NCBI GenBank assembly: GCA_963693365.1
Contig: CAVNZM010000004.1
Coordinates: forward strand, 5,458,564-5,522,563
Length of the DNA stretch: 64,000 nt
DNA from: Amoebidium appalachense
Taxonomy: Eukaryota > Protista > Ichthyosporea
Reading direction: 5' to 3'
Shown here: positions 59,656-64,000 of the stretch, in pieces
How the letters are laid out: each line of letters begins with the position of its first letter
Position numbering within the stretch: the first letter of the stretch is position 1
The notes under the pieces: generated by a model
What the model was told of the DNA's origin: nothing
The model's input: only the letters and a program-made list of their open reading frames with translations
Databases searched by the model: none
Position numbers and translations under genes: made by a program

Positions 59656-60783
59656 ATGGATTCTTTGAAAGAGGAGCTTCAACAGCTGCAGAAGCGCTTT
59701 GATTTTCTGTACACGGACCATTCGTCTCGCTTAACGGCCCTGCACACCGACCTCATCAGCCTCCGCAGTCAAGTGACCAATGAGAATGCTGCGCGTACCC
59801 CCCGACCCCCCCAACCCCAGCCCTCTGATGTAGAGGCACGACTGAGGGCAGCCGAAGAGCAGATCAAGACCCTGCAGGCCGAGCTTGCCAGCCTGCAACG
59901 GGCTGCAGCACCCCACCGGGATGGCCAGGTGGCCTATGAAAACTACATTTTCAGTGGCCCTTGCAAGACTACCCCTGTGGCCATGACCACCACTGTGACT
60001 GCCCCCACCCCTGCCGCCAAGACCGCCCCTGTGACTGCCCCCACCCCTGCCGCCAAGAGCGCCGCCCCTGTGACTGCCCCCACCCCTGCCGCCAAGACCG
60101 CCCCTGTGACTGCCCCCACCCCTGCCGCCAAGACCGCCCCTGCCAAGACCACCCCTACCACCAAGACCACTCCTGCCAAGACCACCCCTACCACCAAGAC
60201 CACTCCTGCCAAGACCACCCCTACCACCAAGACCACTCCTGCCAAGACCACCCCTGCCGCTAAGCCCAGGCCCAAGCACACCAAAACACCTGAGACTTCG
60301 TTGCATGACCATACGATGGACCTCGATGCACAGCTAACTAGTGTGAGGGGGGAGCTCCAGAATGCTCGAGAGCGTGTCAAAGAGGCAAAGGCGGCTGAAG
60401 ATGAAATGGCGGAGGGCCTGGCCATTGCTGCTGTGTGTGCAGCCCAAAACACCATAAAAAGCATCCGAAGGAAGATTCTGCGACGGGAGAAGAACTTGAA
60501 GGCATACACAGGTGGTAATGAGTCTGTCTCTTCACCTGCCTCACCCGCCAAACGCGTCCATGATCAATGCGATTGGGACTCAGATGAAGCATTCAACCCC
60601 AAGCGGCTCAAACGACGGGCAAATCAGGTACTCGATGATATGACAGATGACGAATCTGCGTCTGATCGTGAGTCGGTCGTGTATGACCGCAAACCTGAAC
60701 CCAAACATAAACAAACTGAAGAAATTCCCCTCATTGATCTTGACCAGGAAGAGTTTGACCAGTATGAGCATGAGATGTACTGA
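59656..60783 (+). CDS. Intronless orphan protein, 375 aa: coiled coil, Thr/Ala/Pro/Lys repeats, second coiled coil, acidic tail
   Basis: Long clean ORF with an upstream TATA motif, in-frame 36/39-bp (VTAPTPAAKTAP) and 33-bp (TTPAKTTPTTK) repeats, NLS-like PKRLKRR and an AT-rich 3' region. Confidence 0.8.
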   Translation: MDSLKEELQQLQKRFDFLYTDHSSRLTALHTDLISLRSQVTNENAARTPRPPQPQPSDVEARLRAAEEQIKTLQAELASLQRAAAPHRDGQVAYENYIFSGPCKTTPVAMTTTVTAPTPAAKTAPVTAPTPAAKSAAPVTAPTPAAKTAPVTAPTPAAKTAPAKTTPTTKTTPAKTTPTTKTTPAKTTPTTKTTPAKTTPAAKPRPKHTKTPETSLHDHTMDLDAQLTSVRGELQNARERVKEAKAAEDEMAEGLAIAAVCAAQNTIKSIRRKILRREKNLKAYTGGNESVSSPASPAKRVHDQCDWDSDEAFNPKRLKRRANQVLDDMTDDESASDRESVVYDRKPEPKHKQTEEIPLIDLDQEEFDQYEHEMY

Positions 60784-61182
60784 TTTGATTGGTCGACTAA
60801 GTGGCATTCTCTTTTGATTTGTATTTGAATTGATCGGTCTTGATTTATTTGTTTCTTTTCTCTTTTAGTTTGTATTTGAATATACTCGGTCCAAGTTGAT
60901 TTGTTCTTTGTAATCTGACTAGACTATCATGTACGTACTTACTCTTTTTCTATACAATCACTTGTGTTCATATTAAAGGATTCTGTGTACGTGGACCACG
61001 GAAACATACACCATTTTTTGCAGTGCTTCATGCTATAAAATAACCATGAGAGACACAAACAAATACACTAAGTGTGTACACGTCTACCCATAGGCCCAAG
61101 TGTTGACATGTCTGCCCACAGTTCCCTAAGGCTTAAAGCACACATCTGCCTGTATGCCATAAACTTTACTTTCACCACAAGA

Positions 61183-62599
61183 CACCCACCTAAGTACACG
61201 TCTGCACCACCCTAAGTACACTGTGGTGCACAGCCCCACCCTAAGTACACTCTGCACCACCCTAAGTACACGACCCTAAGTACACTCTGCACCACCCTAA
61301 GTACACTCTGCACCACCCTAAGTACACTATGCACCACCCTAAGTACACTCTGCACCACCCTAAGTACACTCTGCACCACCCTAAGTACACTCTGCACCAC
61401 CCTAAGTACACTCTGCACAGCCCCACCCTAAGTACACGTCTGCACCACCCTAAGTACACCTCTGCACCACCCTAAGTACACGTCTGCACCACCCTAAGTA
61501 CACCTCTGCACCACCCTAAGTACACCTCTGCACCACCCTAAGTACACTCTGCACCACCCTAAGTACACCTCTGCACCACCCTAAGTACACGTCTGCACCA
61601 CCCTAAGTACACGTCTGCACCACCCTAAGTAGACCTCTGCACCACCCTAAGTACACGTCTGCACCACCCTAAGTAGACCTCTGCACCACCCTAAGTACAC
61701 GTCTGCACCACCCTAAGTAGACCTCTGCACCACCCTAAGTACACGTCTGCACCACCCTAAGTACACGTCTGCACCACCCTAAGTACACCTCTGCACCACC
61801 CTAAGTACACGTCTGCACCACCCTAAGTAGACCTCTGCACCACCCTAAGTACACGTCTGCACCACCCTAAGTACACGTCTGCACCACCCTAAGTACACGT
61901 CTGCACCACCCTAAGTAGACCTCTGCACCACCCTAAGTACACCTCTGCACCACCCTAAGTACACGTCTGCACCACCCTAAGTACACGTCTGCACCACCCT
62001 AAGTACACCTCTGCACCACCCTAAGTACACGTCTGCACCACCCTAAGTACACCTCTGCACAGCCCTAAGTACACCTCTGCACCACCCTAAGTACACCTCT
62101 GCACAGCCCTAAGTACACTCTGCACAGCCCCACCCTAAGTACACGTCTGCACCACCCTAAGTACACCTCTGCACCACCCTAAGTACACCTCTGCACCACC
62201 CTAAGTACACGTCTGCACCACCCTAAGTAGACCTCTGCACCACCCTAAGTACACGTCTGCACCACCCTAAGTACACGTCTGCACCACCCTAAGTACACGT
62301 CTGCACCACCCTAAGTACACGTCTGCACCACCCTAAGTACACGTCTGCACCACCCTAAGTAGACCTCTGCACCACCCTAAGTACACGTCTGCACCACCCT
62401 AAGTACACCTCTGCACAGCCCTAAGTACACCTCTGCACCCCACCCTAAGTACACCTCTGCACAGCCCTAAGTACACTCTGCACAGCCCCACCCTAAGTAC
62501 ACTCTGCACCACCCTAAGTACACTCTGCACAGCCCCACCCTAAGTACACTCTGCACCCACCCTAAGTACACTCTGCACAGCCCCACCCTAAGTACACTC
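61183..62599 (+). repeat. Minisatellite, ~64 copies of a 21-26-bp unit GCACCACCCTAAGTA(C/G)AC(G/C/-)TCT, each with one CCCTAA
   Basis: Seen directly. Copy number is estimated from length divided by ~22. Confidence 0.97.
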
Positions 62600-62675
62600 A
62601 ATGTTAAGTACATCTGCACACAAGCACTAGAATAGCCTGAGGCTACTCTCTAATGCGGCCCCTTTTTTCACCGTG

Positions 62676-63556
62676 TCAAGGCCAGTTGATATATTCGTCT
62701 GAAGACTCGGAAGACGCCCCAGAGCTGCTGGCTTCACTGGCTCGTGCCCTTTTCTGCTGTCCCCGTGTCAAGGTCTTGGACTCGGAAGACGAGTGCTCCT
62801 CAGAAGACGAGTACTCCTCAGGTCTGACTGTGTCCCCATAGCAAGGTCTCGGACAAGGTCTTGAACCAAGGAGGCACTTCCTCCTGTACCTCCGACCCAG
62901 AGCTTTTGACTTCCTCTCGTGTCCTCTTCTGCTGTCTTCGTGGTTTCTCCCGTGTCTTGGACCCCTGTGTGAAGGTCTTCCAGTTGAACCAAGGAGGCAC
63001 TGGAGGATGGTACTCCTCCTCCGACCCAGAGCTTCTGACTTCCTCTCGTGTCCTCTTCTGCTGTCTTCGTGGTTTCTCCCGTGTCTTGGACCCCTGTGTG
63101 ATGTGCAAACGTGAGCGCTGCAGGGGCAGGGGGGCCAAGTCCACGGGATAGGAGCTGCCATGCTCGCCAGCACGAAGTGCAGGTGCCGCTGCCAGGACAG
63201 GGGGTGCCACGGTCAGCGCTGGGGGTGCCACGGTTGCTGCTGGGGGTGCCACGGTGCTGCGGGGTGCAGGGCTGTGGGCGTGCCACGGGCGGGGCGTGCA
63301 CGGTTGCTGCTGGGCGTGCCACGGTTGCTGCTGGGCGTGCCACGGTTGCTGCTGGGGGTGCCACGGTTGCTGCTGGGGGTGCCACGGTTGCTGCTGTAGT
63401 GGTGCGCTTGCTTAAAGCCATGCGGGCGTGCCTAGCAAGGGCGCACGCGAAACGGGTCTGGGTGTCCCGCAGGACCTTTGCATCCTGCTCCAAAGTCTTG
63501 AGTCTTGTCTCTATTTTTTCAGCGCGCCTTTCTAGATCTTTGATGTTAATACTCAT
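62676..63556 (-). pseudogene. Frameshifted orphan gene: coiled coil (MSINIKDLERRAEKIETRLKTLEQD), AATVAPP repeats, duplicated basic/acidic block, Ser/Glu-rich tail
   Basis: The AATVAPP repeat continues from the 62768-63589 frame into the 62818-63252 frame, and the Ser/Glu tail lies in the 62676 frame. Internal ~125-bp duplication at 62861-63100. The indels could be sequencing error. Confidence 0.6.
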
Positions 63557-63639
63557 TTTCGTGACAGTTGGATGTACGTTGTGTGCCAAGGGAGAAGCTA
63601 GCTAACATGGAAAAGGTGTGTGGATTGAAGAGAGTATGG

Positions 63640-63890
63640 GCTTTTATATGCCGTGCCCGGCTTTGGCATCAGATGCTTTATTGCATTAGATTGGTTGGAT
63701 ATACCCCAGCCGCGACGCTTGATTGGATCTAGAGATCGCGTGAATATCTGATTGGCTAATTGTCATTTAGGCATCTTGGTGTATCCGATAAGTTGGGGCT
63801 CAACCAAATCTGCTGACTGATTGATGAATTCTGATTGGATCAACAAGAGCATGTTTTGACTTGAGAATTGTCATTTGACAGATTGGATTG
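63640..63890 (-). promoter_or_regulatory. TATA-like GGCATATAAAAGC (63640-63652) plus clustered CCAAT boxes
   Basis: 83 nt before ATG 63556; five GATTGG occurrences between ~63689 and ~63886. Confidence 0.65.
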
Positions 63891-64000
63891 TAATCCGATC
63901 TTTGCAACTTGGCCGTCAGTGTTTGAACACAATGTATTTTGATGTAGCAACTCCTAAAAAAACACGAATATGCTTCCCAACAATTACGAGCATTATTCTG

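Noticed and set aside
59731-60551. Antisense and alternate-frame ORFs (193, 202 and 100 aa, including a Cys/His repeat peptide)
   Set aside because: Shadows of the in-frame repeats of the 375-aa gene.
61183-62599. CRISPR-like array
   Set aside because: Units are contiguous with no unique spacers, no cas genes are present, and the context is eukaryotic.
61183-62599. True chromosome end
   Set aside because: Unique gene-bearing sequence lies on both sides and there is no pure (TTAGGG)n tract.

Overview
Eukaryotic genomic window, probably a unicellular opisthokont (inference). Its introns are packed with microsatellites and long poly-C/poly-G runs, and most ORFs in the supplied track are translations of those repeats. 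I assembled three spliced host genes by hand: CTNNBL1 (minus strand, 17 exons, ~556 aa, with a candidate U12-type AT-AA intron), a head-to-head SEPT7/Cdc3-like septin (plus strand, 12 exons, ~406 aa, one GC-AG intron) and a divergent XRCC4-like gene (plus strand, 14 exons, ~371 aa). Two paralogous intronless secreted Cys-rich genes flank a region of transposon remnants: LINE 3' fragments, a PIF/Harbinger insertion, a DIRS-like RT fragment and a Tc1-like end. A ~125-bp repeat family occurs only in introns and always sense to the host gene, and several introns carry degenerate copies of their neighbouring exon. From ~58 kb the sequence changes character. It holds inverted repeats, a palindrome-rich 92-bp array, two convergent intronless orphan genes with an identical 13-bp TATA motif, and between them ~64 copies of a 21-26-bp TTAGGG-containing unit. 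This is probably part of a large mobile or viral element that runs past the window edge. All identifications come from motif recall; no searches were run.
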